Assembly (NCBI GenBank): GCA_047285305.1
Contig: JBJBDL010000003.1
Location: 128,001 to 192,000, forward strand
Source: Synechococcus sp.
GTDB taxonomy: Bacteria; Cyanobacteriota; Cyanobacteriia; PCC-6307; Cyanobiaceae
DNA: 64,000 bases
Reading direction: 5' to 3'
The position numbers and the translations under genes were made by a program. The notes under the pieces were generated by a model. That model was not told the DNA's origin and searched no databases. It worked only from the letters and a program-made list of their open reading frames with translations. Every line of letters begins with the position of its first letter. Position 1 is the first letter of the stretch. Shown in pieces: positions 38,876-51,922 of the stretch.

Positions 38876-38990
38876 ACAGGCTCCAGGAAAGAGACGATCC
38901 CCCGGTCAGAAGGAGTCACCCCAATCCTAGGGAGACTGCAACCGTTCAACCAGGCACCGCCCCGGCCCATTCGAGAGCCAAGGCCAAGCC

Positions 38991-40280
38991 TCACGCCAGA
39001 ACAGGCTGCTTGCTGTCGGCGTAGAGAGGGAAGCGCTCACAGAGAGCACCCACCCGATCGAGGCAACGCTGACGAATCGCATCATCCTCAGGATTGAGAA
39101 GACGATCAGCAATCACATCAGCGACCTCCCGGAAGGCCTGTGCATCAAAACCACGGGTGGTGAGCGCAGCTGTTCCCAGCCGCAGGCCACTGGTGACGAA
39201 AGGAGATTCGGGATCGAAGGGAACGGTGTTTTTGTTGGCCGTGATGTGCACATCACTCACTAACAGATCAGCCACCTTTCCAGTCATCCCGATGCCACGC
39301 AGATCCAGCAGCACCACATGGTTGTCGGTGCCGCCGCTGACAACATCGATGCCGCGGGCGATCAGCTGTTCAGCGAGGGCTGCCGCATTCGCAACCACCT
39401 GCTGGCTGTAGGCCTTGAACGAAGGCTGCAGCGCTTCCCCGAAGGCCACAGCCTTGGCAGCGATCACGTGCTCCAGAGGACCGCCCTGGCTGCCAGGGAA
39501 CACGGCCTTATCAAACTTTTTGGCGAACTCGGCATCTCGGCAGAGGATTAGGCCGCCGCGGGGGCCTCGCAGGGTCTTGTGGGTGGTGGTGGTCACCACA
39601 TCGCAATGGGGCACCGGGCTGGGATGCACTCCAGCGGCCACGAGGCCAGCGATGTGGGCCATATCGGCGAGCAGATAGGCACCCACTTCATCAGCGATAG
39701 CACGGAAGGCGGCGAAGTCGATGGTGCGTGGGTACGCGGAATAGCCACAAACAATCAGCTTCGGCTTGTGCTCCGAAGCCAGCTGCCGGATCGCCTCCAT
39801 ATCGAGGCGTTGGGTCTCCTTGTCGACGCCGTACTGGACAACGTTGAACCACTTACCGCTGACGTTGACCGGGGAACCATGGGTGAGGTGACCCCCATGG
39901 GACAGGTCCAGCCCCATGATCGTGTCGCCGGGCTGCAGCAGGGCCAGGAAGACGGCAAAGTTGGCCTGGGCCCCACTGTGGGGCTGGACATTGGCCCAGG
40001 CGGCACCAAACAACTGCTTGGCCCGCTCGATGGCCAGCTCCTCGATGGCATCAACGTGCTCACAACCGCCGTAATACCGCTTGCTGGGCAGCCCCTCGGC
40101 GTACTTGTTGGTGAGCACGGAACCCTGGGCTTGCATCACCGCACGGGAGGCAAAGTTCTCCGATGCGATCAGTTCCAGGTGGGTTTCCTGACGCTGCCGT
40201 TCTTGATTGATGAACGCGGTGATATCCGGATCCGACTGAGCCAGATCAGCGTCGATGGCGCGTCCAGAAACCTGGCCCAT
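38991..40280 (-). CDS. glyA: Serine hydroxymethyltransferase
   Basis: LIASENF, NKYAEG, GGHLTHG and [14 protein letters not shown] motifs. Confidence 0.99.
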   Translation of the reverse strand: MGQVSGRAIDADLAQSDPDITAFINQERQRQETHLELIASENFASRAVMQAQGSVLTNKYAEGLPSKRYYGGCEHVDAIEELAIERAKQLFGAAWANVQPHSGAQANFAVFLALLQPGDTIMGLDLSHGGHLTHGSPVNVSGKWFNVVQYGVDKETQRLDMEAIRQLASEHKPKLIVCGYSAYPRTIDFAAFRAIADEVGAYLLADMAHIAGLVAAGVHPSPVPHCDVVTTTTHKTLRGPRGGLILCRDAEFAKKFDKAVFPGSQGGPLEHVIAAKAVAFGEALQPSFKAYSQQVVANAAALAEQLIARGIDVVSGGTDNHVVLLDLRGIGMTGKVADLLVSDVHITANKNTVPFDPESPFVTSGLRLGTAALTTRGFDAQAFREVADVIADRLLNPEDDAIRQRCLDRVGALCERFPLYADSKQPVLA

Positions 40281-40343
40281 GAAGTGTCAGTACAGCTTTG
40301 ACCAATCGTAAGAAACCGCAGCGATAAGCCCGACCGATCAACC

Positions 40344-40371
40344 AAAAAAAAACTGCCCAAGTGGGGCAGTT
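40344..40371 (-). terminator. Rho-independent terminator after tRNA-Arg
   Basis: Minus strand AACTGCCC-CACTT-GGGCAGTT followed by a T run. Confidence 0.85.
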
Positions 40372-40375
40372 AAAA

Positions 40376-40449
40376 CGCGCCTGGAGAGATTCGAACTCCC
40401 GACCCTCTGATCCGTAGTCAGATGCTCTAATCCGCTGAGCTACAAGCGC
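40376..40449 (-). tRNA. trnR: tRNA-Arg(ACG)
   Basis: Reverse complement GCGCTTGTAGCTCAGCGGATTAGAGCA-TCTGA CT ACG GA TCAGA-GGGTCGGGAGTTCGAATCTCTCCAGGCGCG. Confidence 0.97.
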
Positions 40450-40537
40450 CTGCGCCAAACCATCAGACCCCATCGAGGGTCCGCTCGTCAACTGGGTGCG
40501 GGCCGCGTCAGGATTCAGGTGTTTCTGAGCCCAAGCA

Positions 40538-40783
40538 ATGCCGATCCGCTGGTATGGACCCGCTGACCCTGAGGATCCGACCTATCGGCATTTCGAGCGC
40601 ATCGTGAACCTGTGCCTGCACGGCGGCGTGTTCGCCGCGGCGAACAGCGGCGGCTGGTTTCTGCAGGAGATGCGCCACCCCTTCCCTGAAGGGAGCCTGA
40701 CCTGGGTCACCGGCCTCTGGGCGACTCTGTGGCTAGGCCAATTGATCTGGGTGATTCTTAAGCGCCCCAAGCCAGAGAAATAA
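40538..40783 (+). CDS. Conserved small membrane protein
   Basis: MP.RW.G..DP.DPTYR....VN...H; two hydrophobic segments. Confidence 0.75.
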   Translation: MPIRWYGPADPEDPTYRHFERIVNLCLHGGVFAAANSGGWFLQEMRHPFPEGSLTWVTGLWATLWLGQLIWVILKRPKPEK

Positions 40784-40825
40784 AGCCAGCATGGACGCAA
40801 TCCCTACCTCGATCCTTCCGGGCTG

Positions 40826-41116
40826 ATGTCCCTCTCCGCCAGTGACCTGCAGGACCTTCAGAGTGCTTTGGCTGACCGCCTATACGTACAGATCAGCGGC
40901 TGGCATCTCTACCTCGGTGATGCCGACCTGGCTTCAGCTCTGGCGATCGAATGCAGTGCCCGCGTTAATCAAGGTGCTGAGGTAGCGGCCCGGCAGGCCC
41001 TCGACGCCGTCAAGGTGCCCCTAGCAGGAGGTGCCAGTCAGCTCCCCCTGTCCAAGCTGATTCCCCCCGCCCAGCTGAGGGATCTTGAAGAGATCCTCGA
41101 GCCGTACTGCGGATAA
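40826..41116 (+). CDS. DUF3181-like protein
   Basis: Y.QI.GWHLYLGDA.L...V.L.GG...LPL..LIP. Confidence 0.8.
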   Translation: MSLSASDLQDLQSALADRLYVQISGWHLYLGDADLASALAIECSARVNQGAEVAARQALDAVKVPLAGGASQLPLSKLIPPAQLRDLEEILEPYCG

Positions 41117-41143
41117 GGTTGCATTCCATCCGCAGCGGTTGGT

Positions 41144-41407
41144 GTGCTGATCATTGAAGTCACCAACTCCAGAGATTTGGTGCGCCAACGCATCGGCCGC
41201 CTAGGTGAACGGCTGATCGGCCGGGTCGTGGATGCGGAGGCTCAGGTTGAAAAAGCCCTGATCCAGGAATTGGAAACCGCCTTTAAAGAATTTGGGATCG
41301 AGGCACGGATCGTGTCTGTTCAGGGGCCTCAACTCGTGGGTCGCGAGCAGCTGGAACTTCCAATTCAGGTGCGTGAAGAGCTCGATGTTCGTCTCAGCGA
41401 GCCCTGA
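41144..41407 (+). CDS. Conserved hypothetical protein
   Basis: MLIIEVTN....V..RIG.LG.RLIG..VD.EAQVEK; GTG start. Confidence 0.72.
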   Translation: MLIIEVTNSRDLVRQRIGRLGERLIGRVVDAEAQVEKALIQELETAFKEFGIEARIVSVQGPQLVGREQLELPIQVREELDVRLSEP

Positions 41408-43001
41408 ATCGGCCCACTACCAACTGCGTGACCTCACGCACCTCCGGCACCTGAAGTAGTGCTGCAACGCAAGCGAACAGTGCCAAACCCAGCAGGCCAG
41501 AGGCAGACACCTGCAGCAGTAGGCCCAGCGACCCTGCGGGCCAAGGCACGACGGTCACCAGGATCCCCGCACCCCTTGCTGCCAGAACTCCGGCGATGGC
41601 GAGCCGCAGCAGGTCCATCCCCCAGCGCCGCAGCGGCAGACCTGAAATGCGCTTCTGCAGACCCACCAACAGGGCGAGGCAGGTGAGCAGGTTTATGGCA
41701 ACCGTGGCGAGCACCAACCCGGACGCACCGAAATTGAACGGCGACTGATTCCCCCAAGGGGTCGGGCCACCCACCAGCAACCAGTCAAAAACCACGTTCA
41801 GACCGATCCCCGCCAGCGAGAGCCGAAAAGGCGTCGTTCCATCTCCAATGGCATAAAAGACGCGCACCAGCACATCCCTTCCGAGGTAGGCCGGCATGCC
41901 CAGGCCATAGGCCATCAATAGGCCCGTCACCAGCTGTGCGGCTGATGCATCGAAGGCACCCCGCTCGTACACCAGGGCGACGATGGGGCCACCCAAAGCA
42001 ATGAACAGTCCCCCCAGGGGGATCATCGATGCCGCAGATAGCATCAACCCCTGGCGGATCCGATCGATCAGCTGCGGACGATCCTCCGGAGCCGTGAGCC
42101 TGGAAAAAGTGGGCAGCAAAGGCACCAGCAGTGCATTCGAGATGAGGCCCAGGGGGGTTTGCACCAGCAAATTGGCGTACCCCAGACCAGCCGCCGCACC
42201 GACGATGCCCGAAGCGAAAAACAGATCAGTGAACACATTGATCTGAAGCATTCCGGACGACAACGTCGCCGGCCCCATCACACGCCACACCTCCCGCACT
42301 CCCGGGTGCCGCCAGTCCCAGACCAGTTGGAAACGGGCCAACCCCTGCCGGATCAACGCCGGCAGCTGGATCAACCATTGCAGCAAGGCCCCCAGCAACG
42401 TGGCCAAGGCCAGCACCACACCACCTGTCATGGCGGCGGACGGCAAGGCGATGTCAGCGCCGAGCTGCCACCAGAGCAGTCCCACCCCCAGAATCAAGGC
42501 CCCGCTGGACATCAGCGGTGAAATCGCAGGAATCCAGAATTCGTCGGCGGCGTTGAGGGACCCGAAGCCGAGCCCGATCAGCCCGGCCAGCAGCGCCATC
42601 GGCGCCATCAACTGCAGCTGGACCCGTGCGATGGCGTGAAGCTCAGGGGCAAGGCCAGGGCCCACAAGGGTGATCAGAGGATCCGCCGCCAGCACCAGAA
42701 CGATGGTGACCAGGAGCAACAGAGCACTGACGCTGGTGTTGAGCGCCGCAAGGATGTGCGCCCCTTCAGCCCGGGGACGCCGGCTCAGCACGCTTACCAT
42801 CGCGCTGTGGAAGGGGCCATTGATTCCCCCGAGCAGGATCAGCAGAAATCCAGGCAGCACATAGGCGTAGTTGTAGGCGTCATAGGCAGCGCCCACCCCG
42901 AAGGCTGCTGCGATCACCAGCTGCCGAATCAAGCCACCCACCTTGCTCAGCAGGGTGCCGAGGGTCACCACCAGTGCGATCCCCTTCAGTGAACGCGGCA
43001 T
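41394..43001 (-). CDS. murJ: Lipid II flippase (MviN)
   Basis: SK..GL.RQ..IAAAFGVG...DAYNYAY, GGINGPFHSA and YERGAFD motifs. Confidence 0.95.
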   Translation of the reverse strand: MPRSLKGIALVVTLGTLLSKVGGLIRQLVIAAAFGVGAAYDAYNYAYVLPGFLLILLGGINGPFHSAMVSVLSRRPRAEGAHILAALNTSVSALLLLVTIVLVLAADPLITLVGPGLAPELHAIARVQLQLMAPMALLAGLIGLGFGSLNAADEFWIPAISPLMSSGALILGVGLLWWQLGADIALPSAAMTGGVVLALATLLGALLQWLIQLPALIRQGLARFQLVWDWRHPGVREVWRVMGPATLSSGMLQINVFTDLFFASGIVGAAAGLGYANLLVQTPLGLISNALLVPLLPTFSRLTAPEDRPQLIDRIRQGLMLSAASMIPLGGLFIALGGPIVALVYERGAFDASAAQLVTGLLMAYGLGMPAYLGRDVLVRVFYAIGDGTTPFRLSLAGIGLNVVFDWLLVGGPTPWGNQSPFNFGASGLVLATVAINLLTCLALLVGLQKRISGLPLRRWGMDLLRLAIAGVLAARGAGILVTVVPWPAGSLGLLLQVSASGLLGLALFACVAALLQVPEVREVTQLVVGRFRAR

Positions 43002-43069
43002 TCGGCCCCCAGCATTGGGCGCATTGTGGAGGCACCACACGAGACCATGGGCCAATCTCGGATGCTGCC

Positions 43070-43834
43070 ATGACTGGCCTTCCCTCTCCGGGCGATGCCC
43101 TGCTGCGCTTTGAACCACTAACGGAAGGCGTGCTGCTAAAGCGCTACAAACGCTTCCTGGCCGATGTGGAGCTGAGCAGCGGCGAGACCGTCACGGCCCA
43201 CTGCGCCAACACCGGCCCGATGACTGGAGTCTTGATCCCTGGCCAACGGGTGCGTCTGCGTTACGCACCCTCCCCCAAACGCAAGCTGGCCTGGACCTGG
43301 GAGCAAGCCGAAGTGCCAGGCGCCGATGGCCAACCTTGCTGGGTGGGCATCAACACGGCCCTGCCCAACCGACTGATTCGCGCCACGGTCGAAGCGGGGT
43401 GCCTGGAGGCCCAACTCGGGGCCATTGAGGGGATCCGGGCTGAAGTGGCCTACGGCAACAACAAACGCAGCCGGATCGACCTCCTGCTGACGCCATCCGC
43501 GCAGAACCCCGATCAACGACCGATCTACCTGGAGGTGAAGAACACCACCTGGACCAACGGCAGCACGGCCTTATTCCCCGACACGGTGACCGAACGGGGG
43601 CAGAAGCATCTAATTGAGCTGATGGGGGTCCTTCCAGACGCGCGGGCCTTGCTGGTGCCCTGCCTCAGCCGGCCGGACGTGACGGCCTTTGCTCCCGGTG
43701 ACAGCGCTGATCCGCGCTATGGAGAACTGTTTCGCCAGGCCACCAACAGCGGTGTTGAAGTTCTGCCGTGCTGCTTCAGCTTCAGCGCCGATGCGGTGCA
43801 TTGGCAGGGGACTCGTCTAGTCAACCTAGATTGA
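43070..43834 (+). CDS. sfsA: DNA/RNA nuclease SfsA
   Basis: KRYKRFLADV, HCANTG.M, SRID.LL, EVKN and FPDTVTERGQKHL motifs. Confidence 0.95.
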   Translation: MTGLPSPGDALLRFEPLTEGVLLKRYKRFLADVELSSGETVTAHCANTGPMTGVLIPGQRVRLRYAPSPKRKLAWTWEQAEVPGADGQPCWVGINTALPNRLIRATVEAGCLEAQLGAIEGIRAEVAYGNNKRSRIDLLLTPSAQNPDQRPIYLEVKNTTWTNGSTALFPDTVTERGQKHLIELMGVLPDARALLVPCLSRPDVTAFAPGDSADPRYGELFRQATNSGVEVLPCCFSFSADAVHWQGTRLVNLD

Positions 43835-43839
43835 TTTTG

Positions 43840-43901
43840 GTAGCAGATCGAACATAGAAAGACTTTCTTGAGGGGCAGCGTGGTCTAGTTCGCCTAGTTA
43901 C
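43840..43901 (+). promoter_or_regulatory. Two imperfect NtcA boxes upstream of amt1
   Basis: GTA-GCAGATCG-AAC (43840-43853) and GTT-CGCCTAGT-TAC (43888-43901). Confidence 0.5.
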
Positions 43902-43936
43902 AACTGGGCGTGTCACGCAGCTCTGCACCCTCGTTC

Positions 43937-45400
<1,464 letters not shown>

Positions 45401-45427
45401 TTTCTCTTCGGATCAGTTGCTGATCTC

Positions 45428-45455
45428 AAGCCCGGCCAACTGGCCGGGCTTTTTT
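45428..45455 (+). terminator. Rho-independent terminator of amt1
   Basis: AAGCCCGGCC-AACT-GGCCGGGCTT followed by TTTT. Confidence 0.9.
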
Positions 45456-45510
45456 ACTGCCTAAAGCGCTGCTTCAGGCCACATAGAGTTGCCTCACTCC
45501 AGCGCCCTCC

Positions 45511-46710
45511 ATGGACACCCACGCCTTCAAGCGCTCCCTCCACCATTCAGAGCGTTACAACCGGCGAGGCTTCGGACGCGCCGAGGAAGTGGCGGAAAGC
45601 CTTGAGCAGGCCTACCAGAGCGGTTTGATCGGCACGATCCGGGACAACGGCTACCGACTGGAACACGGCCGGCTCAACGTCCGGTTGGCGGAAGCCTTCG
45701 GCTTTTGTTGGGGTGTTGAACGGGCGGTGGCGATGGCCTACGAGACACGCAAGCACTACCCCAAGGAGCGTCTCTGGATCACGAACGAGATCATCCACAA
45801 CCCTTCTGTGAATGATCACCTCAGGGAAATGGATGTGCAGTTCATCCCTGTTGAAAAGGGAGTGAAGGACTTCTCAGGTGTCACCTCAGGTGATGTGGTG
45901 ATCCTGCCGGCCTTTGGTGCCACCGTTCAGGAAATGCAGCTGTTGAATGAACGGGGCTGCCACATCGTTGACACGACCTGTCCCTGGGTCTCCAAGGTTT
46001 GGAACACCGTGGAGAAACACAAAAAGCACACCTTCACCTCGATCATTCACGGCAAGGTGAAGCACGAGGAAACACTGGCCACTAGCTCATTTGCCGGCAC
46101 CTATCTGGTGGTGCTCGATCTGGAGGAAGCCCAGTACGTCGCCGATTACATCCTCGGTAACGGGGACCGAGATGACTTCATTCAAAGGTTTGCCAAAGCC
46201 TGCTCTCCAGGGTTCGATCCCGATCGGGACCTCGAACGTCTGGGCGTGGCCAACCAGACCACGATGCTGAAGAGCGAAACCGAAGAGATCGGACGTTTGT
46301 TCGAACGCACAATGTTGAGCAAATACGGTCCAACCCAGCTCAACGACCACTTCCTGGCCTTCAACACCATCTGCGACGCCACCCAGGAGCGTCAGGACGC
46401 CATGTTCTCCCTGGTGGATGAACCCCTGGACCTGATGGTGGTGATCGGTGGTTTCAACTCCTCCAACACCACCCACCTGCAGGAGATTGCCGTCAGCCGT
46501 GGCATTCGCTCGTTCCACATCGACACGCCCGAGCGCATCGACATCGGCACCAATTCGATCGAGCACAAACCACTGGCAGCAGAACTCTGTCGTGAAGGCG
46601 ATTTCCTGCCTGAAGGCCCCGTACGGGTGGGAATCACCTCCGGTGCCTCAACCCCGGATCGGGCTGTGGAAGAGGTCATCGAAAAACTGATGCAATTGAG
46701 CGAAAACTGA
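45511..46710 (+). CDS. ispH: 4-hydroxy-3-methylbut-2-enyl diphosphate reductase
   Basis: [31 protein letters not shown] and TSGASTP motifs. Confidence 0.97.
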   Translation: MDTHAFKRSLHHSERYNRRGFGRAEEVAESLEQAYQSGLIGTIRDNGYRLEHGRLNVRLAEAFGFCWGVERAVAMAYETRKHYPKERLWITNEIIHNPSVNDHLREMDVQFIPVEKGVKDFSGVTSGDVVILPAFGATVQEMQLLNERGCHIVDTTCPWVSKVWNTVEKHKKHTFTSIIHGKVKHEETLATSSFAGTYLVVLDLEEAQYVADYILGNGDRDDFIQRFAKACSPGFDPDRDLERLGVANQTTMLKSETEEIGRLFERTMLSKYGPTQLNDHFLAFNTICDATQERQDAMFSLVDEPLDLMVVIGGFNSSNTTHLQEIAVSRGIRSFHIDTPERIDIGTNSIEHKPLAAELCREGDFLPEGPVRVGITSGASTPDRAVEEVIEKLMQLSEN

Positions 46711-46770
46711 AGCACAGAGAGCTTTACATTGGTTCATCTTTAATCGCCCTCCGCCGGCAGCTCCTCATCC

Positions 46771-47379
46771 TTGACGGTCTTGTCGCCCACTGAAACCGAC
46801 AATCAGCTGCACGGTGCCGACCCGCAGGTGCGCTGCTACAGAAGCCACTTCGAGGATTCGATGCAGATGCTGGCGCCCCAAGCAGTGGTGGCTCGCTACC
46901 TGGATGAGCATCAGAGCTGGTTTGAACGTTGCGCCAGCCCGATGCAGGTCGAGGCCATCGATCGGCAGTCCTACAGCCTGACCCTGGGCCGGTTCGGCAA
47001 CTTCGGCTTCGAGGTGGAGCCCACGATCGCTCTGCGACTACTGCCACAGCAGGAAGGGATCTACCGAATCGAAACCGTTCGAACCGTGCCGCAGTCGCTC
47101 GCCCTGCGCCATCACTATGACGTCGACTTCCGCGCGGGGATGCGCCTAATCCCCGAACAGGAGCACACCTCCGTCCAATGGGACTTGGATCTCAAGGTCT
47201 GGATCCGTCTGCCCAAGGTGATCACTATGCTCCCGGATCAGTTGGTCCAGAGCAGTGGTGATCATCTGCTCAAGCAGATTGTCCGTCAGATTTCACGACG
47301 GCTGACCTGGAAGGTCCAGGAAGATTTCCACGCCACCCATCGCCTGAGCTGCCCACCCCGCCAGCGGGCAGCCTTCTGA
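46771..47379 (+). CDS. DUF1997-like protein
   Basis: YLD.HQ.WF.RCA.PM...G.FG..GF.VEP...SRRLT.KVQEDFH. Confidence 0.8.
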   Translation: MTVLSPTETDNQLHGADPQVRCYRSHFEDSMQMLAPQAVVARYLDEHQSWFERCASPMQVEAIDRQSYSLTLGRFGNFGFEVEPTIALRLLPQQEGIYRIETVRTVPQSLALRHHYDVDFRAGMRLIPEQEHTSVQWDLDLKVWIRLPKVITMLPDQLVQSSGDHLLKQIVRQISRRLTWKVQEDFHATHRLSCPPRQRAAF

Positions 47380-47386
47380 AGGATCT

Positions 47387-47845
47387 TCAGCGATTGGACC
47401 AGATCTTGTTGACGATCTCCATGCCGCTGACGGCCTGCCAGAGGAACAACGTGAGCATGCCCATGTTCAGGCCCACATGAGCCTTGCGCGCAATCACATT
47501 GCCCCGCTGCATCAGGGGTGAGAGCGAGGCGGCAACGGCGATCATCCCGGTCATGGTCAGACCTACCAGCAGGTGCGGGCCGACAAACAACTTGCCGTTG
47601 TTCAGATAGGTAACCGCCATGCCACCAAGTGTCCCAAGGGTCATCACGGCCAGCAGGATGCTGCCCCAGAGGTAATGGCGCTGGGCGAACTTTTTCGGCA
47701 CAAGTTCTTTGCGCTGTTCTGGGGTACCGGTGCGCGTTTTCTTGGCCTTAATCCCCAGGTAGAGAGCCCAACCACCAACGGCGAGCAGGCCCCACTCCGC
47801 TAGGGGGTGAGCGAAATTGAGGCTGAAGGGAAGGGTGGCGAGCAT
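47387..47845 (-). CDS. DUF4079-like membrane protein (cytochrome b561-like His pattern)
   Basis: HP...RH...NNGKLFVGPHL...AR..H. Confidence 0.8.
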   Translation of the reverse strand: MLATLPFSLNFAHPLAEWGLLAVGGWALYLGIKAKKTRTGTPEQRKELVPKKFAQRHYLWGSILLAVMTLGTLGGMAVTYLNNGKLFVGPHLLVGLTMTGMIAVAASLSPLMQRGNVIARKAHVGLNMGMLTLFLWQAVSGMEIVNKIWSNR

Positions 47846-47899
47846 TGAAGGGGACTCTTCGGTGCCGCGAGGCTAGGGGGCCGGCGGCCCCCGCCAGCG

Positions 47900-49462
<1,563 letters not shown>

Positions 49463-49518
49463 CGAAGGGTCGTGACTGGGTCGTGAGCCAACCTACGCAG
49501 CAGTGATGTTCATGCCCC

Positions 49519-50091
49519 ATGGATGGCCGGCTGGTGCTGCTCCACGGCTGGGGAGCCAACGGAGAGGATCTCAAGCCCCTGGGCGATCGCCTGGCGCGAG
49601 AGTGCTCCAAGACTCTTGATGTGGTTTGCCTGGAGGCTCCTGAGCTCCATCCTGACCAACCGGGAGGGCGTCAGTGGTATGGCCTGTTCCCAGCCCAGTG
49701 GGATGCCGTGCCCGCAGCCGTTGTGCGCCTCAAGGCTCAACTTCAGAGCCTGAGCAGCTCAGGTCTTGGACTCGAACAAACGGTGGTGTTCGGCTTTTCC
49801 CAGGGGGGAGCCATGGCCCTGGAGGGCGGCTGCGCCCTGCCCATCGCAGGGCTGATCAGCTGCAGCGGCTATCCACACCCCAACTGGGCTCCGCCCCAGC
49901 AACACCCCCCTGTGTTGCTTATGCATGGTTCAGACGATCCCGTGGTGCCGTTCGAGGCCATGCAATCGATCGCTACGCAGTTGCAGCCCGATCGATGTCA
50001 GACACTTCCATTCAAAAACGGCCACACAATCCCTGATGAGACGGTGCAGCCGATCCTGATGTTTATCGAGCGTGTTCTGAAGAACGCCTGA
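49519..50091 (+). CDS. Phospholipase/carboxylesterase (alpha/beta hydrolase)
   Basis: LHGWGA, GFSQGG, HG..DPVV and GHTI motifs. Confidence 0.9.
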   Translation: MDGRLVLLHGWGANGEDLKPLGDRLARECSKTLDVVCLEAPELHPDQPGGRQWYGLFPAQWDAVPAAVVRLKAQLQSLSSSGLGLEQTVVFGFSQGGAMALEGGCALPIAGLISCSGYPHPNWAPPQQHPPVLLMHGSDDPVVPFEAMQSIATQLQPDRCQTLPFKNGHTIPDETVQPILMFIERVLKNA

Positions 50092-50460
50092 TCAAACGAA
50101 AGCGTATTCGTACTCCTCCATTTCCTCCCAATCATCAGCGCCAAGCTCGAGGCCTTCAAAGAGCTTGTCTTCACCGATGGAATCAACAATCGTACGCAAT
50201 GAGGGGAAGAGGAAATGGTTCTCTTCGGCGTATTGAGCGCTGAACAGACCTTTCTCTCCCCAGAAGAAGCGGTCGGTGGTGTGCTCATTCCGGCGAACAT
50301 TCAGCAACGCAGGAGGCACCAGTCCGCCCTCAGCGATGTAACGACGAGCGGCCGTCACCGGCTTGTACTCACCGGTTTCGAGGTGATGGGTTGGCACATG
50401 GGCCAGGACCCGCTGACCTGCCAGGCGACGACGGCTAATGCGCTTGCGCTTCTTAGACAT
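50092..50460 (-). CDS. DUF3155-like conserved cyanobacterial protein
   Basis: KRKR.SRRR..GQR.L..VP...KPVTAARR...RRNEHTTDRFFW.EKGLF.AQYAEENHFLFPSL. Confidence 0.88.
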   Translation of the reverse strand: MSKKRKRISRRRLAGQRVLAHVPTHHLETGEYKPVTAARRYIAEGGLVPPALLNVRRNEHTTDRFFWGEKGLFSAQYAEENHFLFPSLRTIVDSIGEDKLFEGLELGADDWEEMEEYEYAFV

Positions 50461-50800
50461 GGAAGGGCTCCGGTACGAAAGGAAGAACGGGGTGGATCGT
50501 CAGAACAAACAGGTGCCGTCGGCGCGAAAACGCCAGACGCAAAGGAAGCGTCGAGGCAATTGCAGACACACCACAATCACCGGCAGGACACCAACACCCA
50601 AGCGGAAATCAGCGGAGGACACTGCAACCTCTGCTGTAGCTTTGGTTGCGAAGCAATTGCAACCGTTGTGAGAGCTGGCGGGCGTCTGTTCATGGTGAAC
50701 AGCGCCTCGGTCGATAAGAGGATCTTAAGACTTTTCCCAGATTTTTCAAGTCCCCTTGGCGCAGGCTTGCCAAAACACCTGAATTGATCGTCTGGAACTA

Positions 50801-51922
50801 ATGCAGCTCACCGATCGATTCTTCGATTTCACCGATCAACAGCTGGCTGATCTAACCGCCAAAGAAGGCATTCAGCATCTGGGGCTGTACGTCAGTGCGC
50901 CACCTAATCAGCAAGGCCCGCCCTTGCTGCTGATCCGGCAATGGTCGACCAATGAACGATCGCTTCCCCCTGCCGACGCAGACCCGAACCTGCGCCTGCC
51001 GCACGAGAGTCGGCGCTGGTACCCCCTCCAGGATGCCGGTCTGATCCTGGGAGCCCTGCGCGCGGACTTGGATCCGCAGCGGAGCTGGACGCTGACCCTG
51101 GACCAACGGATGCGGCGCAGTGCCGCCGCCATCAGCCACGCCCTGGGGCGTGACCTGGAATGCATGCAACTTCGTCAGGAGCTCAGCCAACAAAACGATC
51201 AGCTGCGCACCCTCGTGCATCAACTGCGCAATCCACTGGCTGCCCTGCGCACCTACGCCCAACTGTTGCTGCGGCGGCTCGAAGCAGACAGCTCCCACCG
51301 TCCACTCGTGGAGGGAATGCTCTCAGAGCAACGCCAACTCGGCCAGTACATCGACGTGCTCGATGGCCTCGGGCAGCAACGTCTACCCCAACAGGAACCC
51401 CTGGGGCCCACTCTATTGCCCCCCGGCCCTGCCGAAGGTGAGGCCACCATGCAAACCCTGCTGATGCCTCTGCTGGAGCGGGCGGAAGCGACGGCTAGCT
51501 TGCAGGGCCGCCCCTGGCGGGGTCCGGACCTGTGGCCCCAGTGGATTAATCAACCGTCCCAGGACGGAACGATTGCGGAGATCGTCGCCAACCTCCTTGA
51601 GAATGCCTTCCGTTACAGCCCAGCGGGCTGCATCGTGGGGCTGTGCCTGTTGCCCGACGGGCTCTGCGTCTGGGACAACGGGCCGCCGATTCCCCTGAAG
51701 GAGCGCGACCTGATTTTCGAGCGGGGAGCACGGGGGTCCACCGGACAGGACCGAGCGGGCACCGGTCTTGGGCTCGCCCTTGCACGCTCCCTGGCGGAGC
51801 AGCAGGGCCGCAAGCTCATGCTCTGCGTGAAACCTTCCACAATCGCTCCGGGTCTGCCCGCTGAGGGCAACGCGTTCGTCCTCAGCTGGCCGGCAGGAGC
51901 AAGGCCAGACCCAGCAACGTGA
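50801..51922 (+). CDS. Sensor histidine kinase, Hik2-like
   Basis: H-box HQLRNPL, N-box NLLENAFRY, DNGP.I and GTGLGL motifs; no TM helix apparent. Confidence 0.85.
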   Translation: MQLTDRFFDFTDQQLADLTAKEGIQHLGLYVSAPPNQQGPPLLLIRQWSTNERSLPPADADPNLRLPHESRRWYPLQDAGLILGALRADLDPQRSWTLTLDQRMRRSAAAISHALGRDLECMQLRQELSQQNDQLRTLVHQLRNPLAALRTYAQLLLRRLEADSSHRPLVEGMLSEQRQLGQYIDVLDGLGQQRLPQQEPLGPTLLPPGPAEGEATMQTLLMPLLERAEATASLQGRPWRGPDLWPQWINQPSQDGTIAEIVANLLENAFRYSPAGCIVGLCLLPDGLCVWDNGPPIPLKERDLIFERGARGSTGQDRAGTGLGLALARSLAEQQGRKLMLCVKPSTIAPGLPAEGNAFVLSWPAGARPDPAT

